A DNA stretch of 64,000 nt from an uncultured Mycoplasmatota bacterium (GTDB taxonomy: Bacteria; Bacillota_I; Bacilli_A; RF39; UBA660): assembly GCA_949287595.1 (NCBI GenBank), contig CASEGV010000001.1:220873-284872 (forward strand). Direction: 5' to 3'. Shown here piece by piece: positions 11,081 through 20,979 of this stretch. The position numbers were made by a program, and so were the translations under genes. Within the stretch, counting starts at the first letter, position 1. Every line of letters begins with the position of its first letter. The notes under the pieces are model-generated. The model was not told the origin of the DNA and did no database searches. It saw only the letters and a list, made by a program, of their open reading frames with translations.

Positions 11081-11479
11081 TTATTTTTTATTTATAATAT
11101 GTTTTTTAATAAATGAAATCGTACTAAATAATGGACAGTCTTTTGAACATTCTTGTATACAATAATTACTACAATAGTTAACTATACTATTACTAACTAG
11201 TGTTGGTGTATTTATATCAAAACATCTAATATCCCATATAAAATCACACCCTTCTATATAATACATAAATTCCTCTATATCAGTATTATATGTTAATCTA
11301 GATATTTTTGCAACCTTTCCAAAATATTTAAACATTTCAGGAACTATAAGATTATATCCGTCAATTGTAAAGCTACGAGTATTTTTTCTATGATCAATAA
11401 TATATGTATTAATATTAAACCATTCTGCTGTATGAATTAATACACTCTCTCCTACTTCTAATCTATATATTGTTTTCAT
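11081..11479 (-). CDS. hypothetical protein with C-terminal Cys4 motif
   Basis: YCSNYCIQECSKDCPL; paralog of 11463..11888 (LEVG...EWF). Confidence 0.75.
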   Translation of the reverse strand: MKTIYRLEVGESVLIHTAEWFNINTYIIDHRKNTRSFTIDGYNLIVPEMFKYFGKVAKISRLTYNTDIEEFMYYIEGCDFIWDIRCFDINTPTLVSNSIVNYCSNYCIQECSKDCPLFSTISFIKKHIINKK

Positions 11480-11888
11480 GAATTATCTTTTTTATTGGAC
11501 AATTTTCTTGACATTCTTGTATACAAAAAATATTACAGTATTCATTTAATTTATCTTTGATAGATGAATATTTTTCTGACATTAATACATCTGGATAAAC
11601 TTTATAGACTACATTATCATTATTACTACCAATTATTTTGATAATATACATAATAGATCCATACTCTATCAATGTTTCTCTACTATCTAATACTTCAATA
11701 ATTTCTCCCATTAATCCAGCATAATCTAGTAGATTCACAGTTAATGCTTTTATCCATCCTTGTTTTAATAAATAACGATCGTAAAGATAATATCCTCCTT
11801 GAGAAACTATTTTACAATTATTTTCAAACCATTCTTTTGGTTTAATAATAATTTTATCTCCAACTTCCAATACTATTTTTAATTTCAT
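11463..11888 (-). CDS. hypothetical protein with C-terminal Cys4 motif
   Basis: YCNIFCIQECQENCPI. Confidence 0.75.
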   Translation of the reverse strand: MKLKIVLEVGDKIIIKPKEWFENNCKIVSQGGYYLYDRYLLKQGWIKALTVNLLDYAGLMGEIIEVLDSRETLIEYGSIMYIIKIIGSNNDNVVYKVYPDVLMSEKYSSIKDKLNEYCNIFCIQECQENCPIKKIIHENNI

Positions 11889-11964
11889 GATAAAGTATAA
11901 ATTAAGTACATATATAAGAATTTAAAGGAGTTAAGAAAAATAAAAAGAGAGCTACTAGCTCTCT

Positions 11965-12240
11965 TTATTCTATTCCATTCAATATAAAGTCTATATTAAA
12001 TTTTCCATAGATATTATTTGCTCTTCTCCAGTCTCTCCCAAAGGAAGTATGTACCCACACTCCAATTAAAGAAAAAACATCTAAGATTTTCTCATTTATC
12101 ATCATTCTTTCTCTTGCTTCTTCAACATCTATTTGTGACTTAAAAGTAACAATAAGCCTAGACTTTATTTCAATTTGAGGAATTTTAATGAAATTTCCAT
12201 TTTTTGTTGTTATTCCAAATATTATTTCATATTTTTTCAT
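11965..12240 (-). CDS. hypothetical protein
   Basis: 91 aa ORF followed by terminator hairpin. Confidence 0.65.
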   Translation of the reverse strand: MKKYEIIFGITTKNGNFIKIPQIEIKSRLIVTFKSQIDVEEARERMMINEKILDVFSLIGVWVHTSFGRDWRRANNIYGKFNIDFILNGIE

Positions 12241-12262
12241 GATATAAAAAATTAAAATCTCC

Positions 12263-12640
12263 TTAAGCTTTAATACTTAAGGAGATGGTTAAACATTTCT
12301 TTTCTTCTCTCATATATAAGGCTTTTAGTTGATAATAGAAGGAAAAAAGATGGAATTTGATTCCATCTTTTTTATTAAATTTATCGTAATAATATTGCCA
12401 ACTCATACATGAACTTATCAATCTATGAATATCGTCATCTTCAAAATAAATAGTAAAATTTCCTCCATCATTTTCAATGGTATTACTTTTAGACCCTTCA
12501 TAGATTCCAGTACAAGTTGCATTCATACTCCATATATCTTTTAGAGATATTAAAGCTCTTTTTGCATTATTAATATGTTGCAACTGATCTTCAGTTATTG
12601 CAGCACAAAATACGTAATGTCTAATTAATTTCTTTTCCAT
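12263..12640 (-). CDS. hypothetical protein
   Basis: 125 aa ORF with upstream promoter motif near 12717-12727. Confidence 0.7.
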   Translation of the reverse strand: MEKKLIRHYVFCAAITEDQLQHINNAKRALISLKDIWSMNATCTGIYEGSKSNTIENDGGNFTIYFEDDDIHRLISSCMSWQYYYDKFNKKDGIKFHLFSFYYQLKALYMREEKKCLTISLSIKA

Positions 12641-12782
12641 AATTTAAAAAAAAATTAAATCCTCAAAACTTTTATTTAGTCTTGAGGAGTATGTTAATAT
12701 TATTGTTAATTCATTCTCATATATAAGGCTTTGAAATTATTATAGCCGGAAATCCTTATATTTGAAAAAATAATATTAAATT

Positions 12783-13172
12783 ATGGAAACAGATGAAACA
12801 ATGAATGTATTTATTAGACATAAGTGGAAATCTTATCCTATTCCAGAACATAAGAAGAAAGAAGGAATATTAAAATTTTTTCAAAAGAAATTTAATCATT
12901 ATGATATCAGTTTGAATAGTAAATTTAATGACGAGTTTTATATTAATGCATGGTTTAGAGATCTATCTAAAGCAGAGGGTTTCGAGAATCTTAGAGACTT
13001 ACCTTCTCCTAAGTGGTATTTTGATGTACAATTTAATACTATGGAAGATAGAACTATAAATATCACTACTGTATCTTGGAAACCTACAGAAGGGCAAACA
13101 CCTGATAATTTTATAAATGAAGTAGAAAATTATTTTATAAAACTATATAAATTTTTATATTGCAATGAGTAA
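12783..13172 (+). CDS. hypothetical protein
   Basis: 129 aa ORF after promoter motif at 12755. Confidence 0.7.
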   Translation: METDETMNVFIRHKWKSYPIPEHKKKEGILKFFQKKFNHYDISLNSKFNDEFYINAWFRDLSKAEGFENLRDLPSPKWYFDVQFNTMEDRTINITTVSWKPTEGQTPDNFINEVENYFIKLYKFLYCNE

Positions 13173-13419
13173 TAAAAATAAATCGTATTATTCGAGTAGA
13201 AAAATAAAAATTTCTATAGAATCTCCGTTAATTGGAGAAGTTATAATTAAGATATGGAGAAAGAAAGGAGAATATTATTTATTGACTATTTCTAATACTT
13301 CAGATGAGCTTTTTGAAGATTATGAAACTACTCTTAAAATCTTAACAAAATTAAGATGTAGATCAGCTAAGAAATGGTTTATAAAAGAGTTTAATAAAAA
13401 AAAAGATCTTAAAGTATGA
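13165..13419 (+). CDS. hypothetical protein
   Basis: 84 aa ORF overlapping neighbours. Confidence 0.6.
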   Translation: MSNKNKSYYSSRKIKISIESPLIGEVIIKIWRKKGEYYLLTISNTSDELFEDYETTLKILTKLRCRSAKKWFIKEFNKKKDLKV

Positions 13420-13766
13420 TTAAAAGTAAAATTATGATAAGACTAGCAAGATTTTTTAAGTCTAAAGATCAGTTTAGTGGATCATCCATGTGTTTTAGAT
13501 CTAAGTATGGATCTTCTGCAAAAAATTATCAACAGATTTTAGAAGATAGAATAAAATTAATAAAAACTCAAATTATAAATAAAACTGATATATCTAGAGA
13601 TGAGAGATTATTAGTTTTATCTATTCCACATGAAGAGGAGAAACTTTATGAAGATATAAAAAAATATTTTTCGGATAAGGGATTTATTACTTTTTATGCA
13701 GATAAAGAAAAGATAAAAGAGCTCAAGGAAAGAAAGTATTTATTCATTTCTTGGGATATTAATTAA
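13416..13766 (+). CDS. hypothetical protein
   Basis: 116 aa ORF. Confidence 0.7.
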   Translation: MIKSKIMIRLARFFKSKDQFSGSSMCFRSKYGSSAKNYQQILEDRIKLIKTQIINKTDISRDERLLVLSIPHEEEKLYEDIKKYFSDKGFITFYADKEKIKELKERKYLFISWDIN

Positions 13767-13787
13767 CAATTATAAATTTAAAATTTT

Positions 13788-16337
13788 ATGAAAAATTACA
13801 AAGGATTAAATGATTCAGAAGTATTAACTTTTAGAAGTAAGTTTGGAGAAAATGTGTTAACACCACCGAAGAAAACTCCTTGGTGGAAACTGTATTTAGA
13901 AAAGTTTAAAGATCCTGTTATCGTTATCTTATTGATAGCCGCCGTAATATCTATTATAGTAGGTATTGTAAATGGAGATTATATTGAACCAATAGGTATT
14001 ATAATTGCAATTCTCTTAGCTACCGGAGTAGGATTTTACATGGAGTTCAGTGCTAAAAAGAAATTTGATATTCTAAATCAAGTTTCAGATACTGAACCAG
14101 TTAAAGTTATAAGGAATGAAGGAAAAGTAATGGAGGTTAAAAAGACTGAATTAGTAGTAGGAGATATAGTAATTCTTAATTCTGGAGATGAAGTTCCAGC
14201 TGATATAGAGTTATTAGAAGCTACTAATATTAAAGTTGATGAAGCATCTTTAACTGGAGAATCTGTTCCAGTAGGTAAAAGAGCTAAAGAGGACGGTGAA
14301 AAATATGAAGGATCAGGTTTTCCAGAGTATCTCGTACTTAAATCAACTAATATTACTGAGGGAAATGCAGTCGGTGTGGTAGTAAATGTTGGAGATAGTA
14401 CAGAAATTGGAAAAACAACAAGACAAGCAATGGAGGAAACTAATGTAGAAACTCCATTAAATAAACAGTTAAATGGACTAGCTAAGTTAATAAATAAATC
14501 TGCATTTACTGTTGCTGGATTATTGTTGCTATTCTTAAATATACATCATTTTGGGTTTACTGATTTTGATAGTTCTCTAATTGGAATAGTATTATCAGAA
14601 ATTAAATTCTTTATGATGGCTATAGTTTTAGTTATATGCGCTGTTCCAGAAGGATTGCCGTTGGCTAGTACTTTAAGTTTGGCTTTTTCAATGAAAGCAA
14701 TGGCTAAAGATAATAATTTAGTTAAAAAGCTTCATGCATCTGAAACTATTGGGGCAATTAATATAATTTGTACTGATAAAACAGGAACACTTACCCAAAA
14801 TAAGATGAAAGTAGTAGATGAATCTATTAAGAGTTATTATAAAGTAATAGTTAATGGAGCAATAAATTCTACTGCTAATCTTAGTGTAAATGAGTATGAT
14901 AAAGCACGAATCAAAGTAATTGGTAATCCTACTGAAGGAGCAATATTAATGTGGATTGATGAATGCGATGCACAAAAGATATATGATGAAGTAGTAGAAC
15001 CAGAACAAGTTGGATATATCGGAATACGAGATACTGTAAAAGTAGTAGAACAAGTACCATTTAATAGTACTAATAAATATATGTCTACTAAAGGTTCAGA
15101 TGGGGTTTTGTATGTTAAAGGAGCTCCAGAAGTAGTATCTAAGTTATGTAAGGATGATTCATATCTAGAAGAAGTAGCCAAACAACAAGAGAGAGGAAGA
15201 AGAGCTATAAGTTTTGCTAGTGGTTCTGATATGGAACATTTAGAGTATGATGGAACTTTATTTATTGAAGATCCTATTAGATCTGATGTTCCAGAAGCAG
15301 TTAAGAAAGCTTATGAAGCAGGAGTAGATGTGATGATGATGACTGGTGATAATATTAAAACCGCATCAGAAATTGCAAGACAAGCTGGTTTCAAAGATAT
15401 CTATGCAATTGAGGCTAAAGATTGGTCAGGTATAAAAAATGATTGGAAAAATAATATTGGAGGATCTACTAGAGATTATCCAAATGTTATCGCAAGATGT
15501 AAACCTGATGATAAACTAAGAATTTTGAAAGATTTACAAAAACATAATAAAGTATGTGCAATGACGGGTGACGGGGTTAATGATAGCCCATCCTTGAATC
15601 ATGCTAATGTGGGAATTGCTATGGGATCAGGAACTTCTGTAGCAAAAGAAGCAGCCGATATAGTACTCTTAGATGATGCATTCCCTAGTATTTTGAAAGG
15701 ATTAGTATGGGGTAGATCATTGTATAAGAATATTCAGAATTTCTTAGTATTCCAGTTAATCATTAATGTAGCTGTATGTTTAACTGCATTGTTTGGTCCT
15801 ATTCTTGGAATTGATATGCCATTTAGTGTTACTCAAATGTTATGGGTTAATATTGTAATGGATACATTGGCTAGTTGTGCAATTTCTTCTGAACCTGCAG
15901 ATGAAAATGTATTGAAAGATAAGCCAAGAAAATTTGATGCATTTATCATTACTAAACCAATGTATAAAACTATTTTAGGAATGGGAATATTTGTATTTTT
16001 ACTATTATCTACTATAGTTTTTGATATTGCTCACGGTTCTAAAGTATTTGGACTAGATTTAACAGAACTATTTGCAGTATTTATGGTAATTAATTGGTGG
16101 AACTTATTTAATATCAGAGTATTTGGAAAGAATAGAAGTATATTCCATAACCTCTTTGATAATAAAATGTTCATAATAAGTGCTATTATTATGTTATTAG
16201 GAACTATTCTTATAGTTCAGTTTGGTGGAGAAGTATTTAATACAAGACCACTTTCTATGTCAGAATGGCTTATAATAATAGGAGTAACTTCACCAATAGT
16301 TTTAATAAGAGAATTATGGTGGAAGATTAGTAAATAA
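13788..16337 (+). CDS. P-type ATPase, type II (calcium-translocating PMCA-like)
   Basis: DEASLTGES, AVPEGLPL, phosphorylation site CTDKTGTLT, KGAPE, TGDN, MTGDGVNDSPSL, QMLWVNIVMD; multiple TM helices. Confidence 0.93.
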   Translation: MKNYKGLNDSEVLTFRSKFGENVLTPPKKTPWWKLYLEKFKDPVIVILLIAAVISIIVGIVNGDYIEPIGIIIAILLATGVGFYMEFSAKKKFDILNQVSDTEPVKVIRNEGKVMEVKKTELVVGDIVILNSGDEVPADIELLEATNIKVDEASLTGESVPVGKRAKEDGEKYEGSGFPEYLVLKSTNITEGNAVGVVVNVGDSTEIGKTTRQAMEETNVETPLNKQLNGLAKLINKSAFTVAGLLLLFLNIHHFGFTDFDSSLIGIVLSEIKFFMMAIVLVICAVPEGLPLASTLSLAFSMKAMAKDNNLVKKLHASETIGAINIICTDKTGTLTQNKMKVVDESIKSYYKVIVNGAINSTANLSVNEYDKARIKVIGNPTEGAILMWIDECDAQKIYDEVVEPEQVGYIGIRDTVKVVEQVPFNSTNKYMSTKGSDGVLYVKGAPEVVSKLCKDDSYLEEVAKQQERGRRAISFASGSDMEHLEYDGTLFIEDPIRSDVPEAVKKAYEAGVDVMMMTGDNIKTASEIARQAGFKDIYAIEAKDWSGIKNDWKNNIGGSTRDYPNVIARCKPDDKLRILKDLQKHNKVCAMTGDGVNDSPSLNHANVGIAMGSGTSVAKEAADIVLLDDAFPSILKGLVWGRSLYKNIQNFLVFQLIINVAVCLTALFGPILGIDMPFSVTQMLWVNIVMDTLASCAISSEPADENVLKDKPRKFDAFIITKPMYKTILGMGIFVFLLLSTIVFDIAHGSKVFGLDLTELFAVFMVINWWNLFNIRVFGKNRSIFHNLFDNKMFIISAIIMLLGTILIVQFGGEVFNTRPLSMSEWLIIIGVTSPIVLIRELWWKISK

Positions 16338-16398
16338 AAATAAAAAAGATAAAAGAGATTAATTATAATTAATCTCTTTTATTTTATTAATAACTATT

Positions 16399-16776
16399 AT
16401 GGAAAGATTAGACTCTAATAAAAAACCTTATGGAATAATATGTAATGTTAGATTATGGAAATATATAAAACCTAAATTACAAGAGTGGAAATATTATTCA
16501 ATAAAAGGATTTAATGAAGATTGGAGTAAACCAGCAATTTTACTAATTCGAACAATAGGTGGAGTTGGACTATATAATAAGTTTAATCTACCTACTAATT
16601 TCGATTTTGAAATAAAATTAATACATAATGTTGATGAATTTCTTACTAAAGCAGCAGAATTAACTGGATTTAATTATGAATTATATGATAAAAATGAAAA
16701 TATGGTGAAATTAACAGTAGAACAAATAGAAGATATATTGGATATTCCACATGGAAATTTACTAATTATTGAATAA
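16399..16776 (+). CDS. hypothetical protein, tandem paralog 1 of 3
   Basis: shared LWKYIKP.L.EW.Y, DEFLTKAAEL.G, LTVEQIEDILDIPHG. Confidence 0.8.
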   Translation: MERLDSNKKPYGIICNVRLWKYIKPKLQEWKYYSIKGFNEDWSKPAILLIRTIGGVGLYNKFNLPTNFDFEIKLIHNVDEFLTKAAELTGFNYELYDKNENMVKLTVEQIEDILDIPHGNLLIIE

Positions 16777-17137
16777 TATGGAAGAAAAGATACCGTGTAT
16801 AAGATGTAATAGGAGAATTTGGAGATACATAGAGCCTTACTTAAGAGAATGGAATTACAAAATTGAAGATATTTATAATTGGTCAGTATTTTCTTTATTA
16901 ATTATTAATAGAGATAATATTCTAGGAGAAGTTACTAATATAAAAGGATTTCCTGAAGATGAAGAGTGTAGATTTATCGTAAAAGATATTGATGAATTTC
17001 TCACTAAAGCTGCAGAATTAATGGGATTTACTTATACTGATCATTATACAGGTGATGATAGTAATATAGTAACATTAACAGTAGAACAAATAGAGGATAT
17101 ACTTGATATACCACATGGAAATTTAATAATAATATAG
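16769..17137 (+). CDS. hypothetical protein, tandem paralog 2 of 3
   Basis: same motifs as 16399 and 17139 ORFs. Confidence 0.8.
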   Translation: MNNMEEKIPCIRCNRRIWRYIEPYLREWNYKIEDIYNWSVFSLLIINRDNILGEVTNIKGFPEDEECRFIVKDIDEFLTKAAELMGFTYTDHYTGDDSNIVTLTVEQIEDILDIPHGNLIII

Positions 17138-17138
17138 T

Positions 17139-17483
17139 ATGATACCATATATTGAATGTAATGATCGTCTTTGGGCTTATATAAAACCTTACTTAATTAA
17201 GTGGAAATATAATATTAGTGATATAGATAAATGGAAAAATTTTCCATATCTTATTATTAATAGAGATAATATTCTAGGAGAAGTTACTAACGTAGATCTT
17301 AGTGGAGAATCTTATACTAGAACTTTAGTAAAAGATATTGATGAATTTCTTACTAAAGCTGCAGAATTGATGGGATATACTTATACAGACTCCTATAAAG
17401 ACGGGGTTGTAAAATTAACCATAGAACAGATAGAAGATATTTTAGATATTCCAAGAGGTTTATTAATAATACCAGATAAATAA
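17139..17483 (+). CDS. hypothetical protein, tandem paralog 3 of 3
   Basis: same motifs; IINRDNILGEVTN identical to paralog 2. Confidence 0.8.
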   Translation: MIPYIECNDRLWAYIKPYLIKWKYNISDIDKWKNFPYLIINRDNILGEVTNVDLSGESYTRTLVKDIDEFLTKAAELMGYTYTDSYKDGVVKLTIEQIEDILDIPRGLLIIPDK

Positions 17484-17484
17484 A

Positions 17485-17515
17485 AAAATAGAGAGGAGTA
17501 AATCCTCTCTATTTT
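17485..17515. terminator. bidirectional intrinsic terminator
   Basis: aaaatagagagga/tcctctctatttt between convergent genes. Confidence 0.8.
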
Positions 17516-18003
17516 TATTTATGCAAAAGTTCTCCATTTTTCCCAAATACTTTATAATGTGAGTTCATAATAATTGTTGAAGTTTCTCCATCCGATTTTC
17601 TTATAACTAAATAATCATCAGTTGCATCATATCCGTATCCAATTATTATTCCTTTATTATTTTCAGACAAATCATCTTCAGCAATTAATCCAAACCAATT
17701 AGGTAAGTCTTTTATATAGTGATTAGATTCACAATAAGCTTTATTGAGTCCTGGCAATTTAAATTCGCTATTTCTCAAATCTTGTGGATCTTCTATCACG
17801 GTCCATGGTCCAAATTGGGATGGATTAAAACCATCCCAACCATACTCTTTTTCGAGAATATTTAGTTCTTTTTCCTCTTCTTCAAATGATTCGCTATTCT
17901 TATATTTTTTTATAATTTCTAAACGTTTATCATAATACTCAAGGGATTTTTTATTATATTCTTCCCAAGCTTTGACATAATGTTTATACAGTTCCTTCTC
18001 CAT
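17515..18003 (-). CDS. hypothetical protein
   Basis: 162 aa ORF. Confidence 0.7.
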   Translation of the reverse strand: MEKELYKHYVKAWEEYNKKSLEYYDKRLEIIKKYKNSESFEEEEKELNILEKEYGWDGFNPSQFGPWTVIEDPQDLRNSEFKLPGLNKAYCESNHYIKDLPNWFGLIAEDDLSENNKGIIIGYGYDATDDYLVIRKSDGETSTIIMNSHYKVFGKNGELLHK

Positions 18004-18211
18004 TTAAAAATTTTTTTAAATATTCATCATAGATTCGTGGAATATCTTCTGCAACCATAGGATTTAATCCTCTCCAATCAAATTTACCATAAAGATTTTT
18101 TATAGTAGGATGATTCATTATTGCAAGACCTTCCCACATTTCATCTATATCTTTTTCTGTTAATCCTAATTCTTTAATCCATTGATTATTTTTTGTTCGC
18201 TTCTCATTCAT
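17984..18211 (-). CDS. hypothetical protein
   Basis: 75 aa ORF coupled to neighbours. Confidence 0.65.
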   Translation of the reverse strand: MNEKRTKNNQWIKELGLTEKDIDEMWEGLAIMNHPTIKNLYGKFDWRGLNPMVAEDIPRIYDEYLKKFLNGEGTV

Positions 18212-18606
18212 TTTATAAATAATTGAATGATATTTTTAGCTGATAGAGCATCTGAATATTCTTTAAAATAATTTCCAGATTCATAATATTTATCATCTAT
18301 TTCTGAATTTCGTTCTATAAAGTCGCATATCTCTAAAAATTCATTTATGTAGTAATAAGTTTCTCCTTCTTTAGCTCTTTCAAATACTTTATCAGACCTA
18401 TCTCTATCTAATCTATAACAAGTAGCTGCAATAAGATCAGAAGCTAGACTTTCAGCAAAAGGAGTTTCTTTAATTAATTCACTAACCATATCAAAATAAG
18501 TATATTTTTCTCTACCAGATATTAAATATACCTTATCTCCACAATTATGCTGTCTTATCTCAGCATCAAAATGTTTAATTAATCTTTCTCTTAGTATTTT
18601 GTCCAT
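18208..18606 (-). CDS. hypothetical protein
   Basis: 132 aa ORF. Confidence 0.7.
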   Translation of the reverse strand: MDKILRERLIKHFDAEIRQHNCGDKVYLISGREKYTYFDMVSELIKETPFAESLASDLIAATCYRLDRDRSDKVFERAKEGETYYYINEFLEICDFIERNSEIDDKYYESGNYFKEYSDALSAKNIIQLFIK

Positions 18607-18844
18607 AAAATAAATCTTTTATATTTATATCATAACTTATAAGTCCAGTTAATATAGAAATAATTATTATTGTGAGATTAAAGAATATATGATAACTTCC
18701 AAAACTTACATGAAGTACTACATCATCATATGTATGTACTTTATCATATGGAAATAATAATATTCCAAAATATAACCATTATAAAAAATTCTACTAATAT
18801 TAAAAAAGTAGTAAAGATATATCTTTTTATAATATTATAATTTT

Positions 18845-19450
18845 TTATTTTCTTCTTCCTAACATTATATCAATAAATAATTTCCACTCTTTAGTAAATA
18901 CATTTTCTAATCTATATTTTTCAGTTTTACTGTATATATTTTCAGGATTTAATTTATTTATAAATTCTGCAAATTCAAGATTAGTTTTAAATTCATCTCT
19001 TGATATAGAAAATATAGAATCTTTATTATATAGGTAATCCTTAATAATATTAGAATCTCCTTTATACTGCTTTACTAGTTCTTTTCCAGTAACTGTAATA
19101 TAATCACAAGAAGTTTCTAAGAAATATTTCATCTCTTTTGTAGTCGTTATACCTTTTAATTCTGAATCATTTTCAGAACTTAGGCTAAGGTTCCTTCTTT
19201 TTAATTCATTTTCTAATATTGGAAGCCATTCTTGTCTCCAACCACCACTACTTTTTATTTTCTTAATTGAATTAATAATGTGAGTAGTTACCATTTCTGA
19301 TACTTTGATGGATTTTCCAGCTGAAGTTGTCCAAATAGCTTCGTTATTAGAATCATACTTTATCATATTACCGTCTTTTATAAAAATTAATCCCATAATA
19401 CTATTATTTCTTACTCTGTTTATCTTTTCGAAAACTAGTTTTCTTATCAA
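18845..19450 (-). CDS. hypothetical protein (start uncertain, possibly MGLIFIK)
   Basis: up to 201 aa ORF. Confidence 0.65.
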   Translation of the reverse strand: MIRKLVFEKINRVRNNSIMGLIFIKDGNMIKYDSNNEAIWTTSAGKSIKVSEMVTTHIINSIKKIKSSGGWRQEWLPILENELKRRNLSLSSENDSELKGITTTKEMKYFLETSCDYITVTGKELVKQYKGDSNIIKDYLYNKDSIFSISRDEFKTNLEFAEFINKLNPENIYSKTEKYRLENVFTKEWKLFIDIMLGRRK

Positions 19451-20303
19451 ACCCTGCAGATTCTATCTTAATATCATTACTAGGCTCTGGAATAGGTATC
19501 ATTTTTTGCTCAATCAAGAACTCTTCTATTCTACTATATATTGAAGTATCTGCAGAAAATTGTTCCAATGAAATTTTACTAATTTCAGAAAAATCTGGAT
19601 TTATAGAAAAATTCCAATAAGGATATCCAAAAGAATTATAATTTCCAGACATATGTTTTGGTAAACTTTCTGCCATATAAAATATTGGGGATCCTATAGT
19701 ATGAAATAAATCCCTATATTCAGGACTTTTCAAATCTTCTTTTGAATCTATTACTATGTCTTCAGAAGACATATAATTATTTAGGAAAAAATAAGAATTT
19801 TCAATATCTGAATATTTTCTTAATATAATTTTATGAATCGGTTTTTTATTTTTTCCTTTTCCTTTGAATTGTACGAAGTCCATATTATGTTCTTTTCCAA
19901 TCTCGAATAGGAATTCTGTACTAAACGGAATATCTATATCATTATAGTGTTCAATTTCTTTATAATTATATGGTGCTTTATAACTTACTGTGATGTTTTT
20001 ATTTAAAATAGTTACAGTTGGTATTAAATATATATAAGGATATATCCCTACTATACTGTATTCAAATCTCATTTCATTTTCTGGACCTTCCATTATTTTA
20101 TTATAATAATTGTATGTCCATTTAAAACATCTACTTAAAATATTAAAAGATTTCTTATCTTTCAATTTTAAATTATCTATGTATGTGTTAAAATCCCCCA
20201 CATTAGATATATAAGAGGGAATTCTTCTAAACTCTATAGTTTTATCACTATCATAGATTGTATTAAAATCATAAAAATCTTTAAATTTAGATACTATTTT
20301 CAT
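19404..20303 (-). CDS. hypothetical phage protein
   Basis: 299 aa; MKIVSKFKDFYD...KIESAGFDKKTSFR termini look like a conserved phage family. Confidence 0.75.
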   Translation of the reverse strand: MKIVSKFKDFYDFNTIYDSDKTIEFRRIPSYISNVGDFNTYIDNLKLKDKKSFNILSRCFKWTYNYYNKIMEGPENEMRFEYSIVGIYPYIYLIPTVTILNKNITVSYKAPYNYKEIEHYNDIDIPFSTEFLFEIGKEHNMDFVQFKGKGKNKKPIHKIILRKYSDIENSYFFLNNYMSSEDIVIDSKEDLKSPEYRDLFHTIGSPIFYMAESLPKHMSGNYNSFGYPYWNFSINPDFSEISKISLEQFSADTSIYSRIEEFLIEQKMIPIPEPSNDIKIESAGFDKKTSFRKDKQSKK

Positions 20304-20339
20304 ACTATTTATTAATTAATATTGTCAATTATAAGGATT

Positions 20340-20711
20340 TTAACTCTCTGTTATAACTCTGATTAATAATTTTTCTTCTGTAGCTATTGATATCATCATC
20401 TTACTACCTTTATTTTCTGCTTTAGAGCTTAAAAATACAATACAAGCATTGCTAACTTCTGCCATTTTCTTATTTCTTAAATAACCAGCTCTTTTACCAT
20501 ATTTATCCCAATTAGCTGGATATCTTTCTATCTTATATCCTTTCTCTTCTGCATATTTCTCTCCTAGTGTATCAGCCCCTCTAGCTGTTCCAGAAACTAT
20601 AACTATTTCTTCCCCTTCATTAACTTTTCTAGATAAGATTTTATCACATTTCTCTTTTAACATGTCATAATTGTCAAACTCTCTAGATCCTGCTATTATT
20701 ACTTTAAACAT
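20340..20711 (-). CDS. YspA/SLOG-family (DUF2493-like) protein
   Basis: KVIIAGSREF, IVSGTARGADTLGE.YA, PANWDKYGKRAGYLRNKKMA. Confidence 0.85.
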   Translation of the reverse strand: MFKVIIAGSREFDNYDMLKEKCDKILSRKVNEGEEIVIVSGTARGADTLGEKYAEEKGYKIERYPANWDKYGKRAGYLRNKKMAEVSNACIVFLSSKAENKGSKMMISIATEEKLLIRVITES

Positions 20712-20827
20712 AATTAATTAATTTTAATTGTTAATATTTCATAATTAAGGTTATTGTAGTAATTGTTTAGCAAATTAATAAGCTAAAAGCCTTATATATG
20801 TAATAATAACATATAAATTATAAAATT

Positions 20828-20944
20828 ATGATTCCAAAAGAATTTGTAGAAAATTTATTAATAGCATCGAGATGTTTTTATATTAGTCTTGTTGCTAAAG
20901 TTCTTTTAGAGGTTGCTGAAGAGAACGAAAAAACGGATAATTGA
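20828..20944 (+). CDS. 38-aa small protein in its own transcription unit
   Basis: MIPKEFVENLLIASRCFYISLVAKVLLEVAEENEKTDN; promoter motif at 20791 and terminator at 20948-20975. Confidence 0.55.
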   Translation: MIPKEFVENLLIASRCFYISLVAKVLLEVAEENEKTDN

Positions 20945-20947
20945 AAA

Positions 20948-20975
20948 AAGAAGAGGATTAATCCTCTTCTTTTTT
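20948..20975. terminator. bidirectional intrinsic terminator
   Basis: aagaagaggatt/aatcctcttctt. Confidence 0.8.
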
Positions 20976-20979
20976 ATTT

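Noticed and set aside
18610-18845. Possible small membrane-protein gene between 18606 and 18845
   Set aside because: No clear start and frame could be established by eye.
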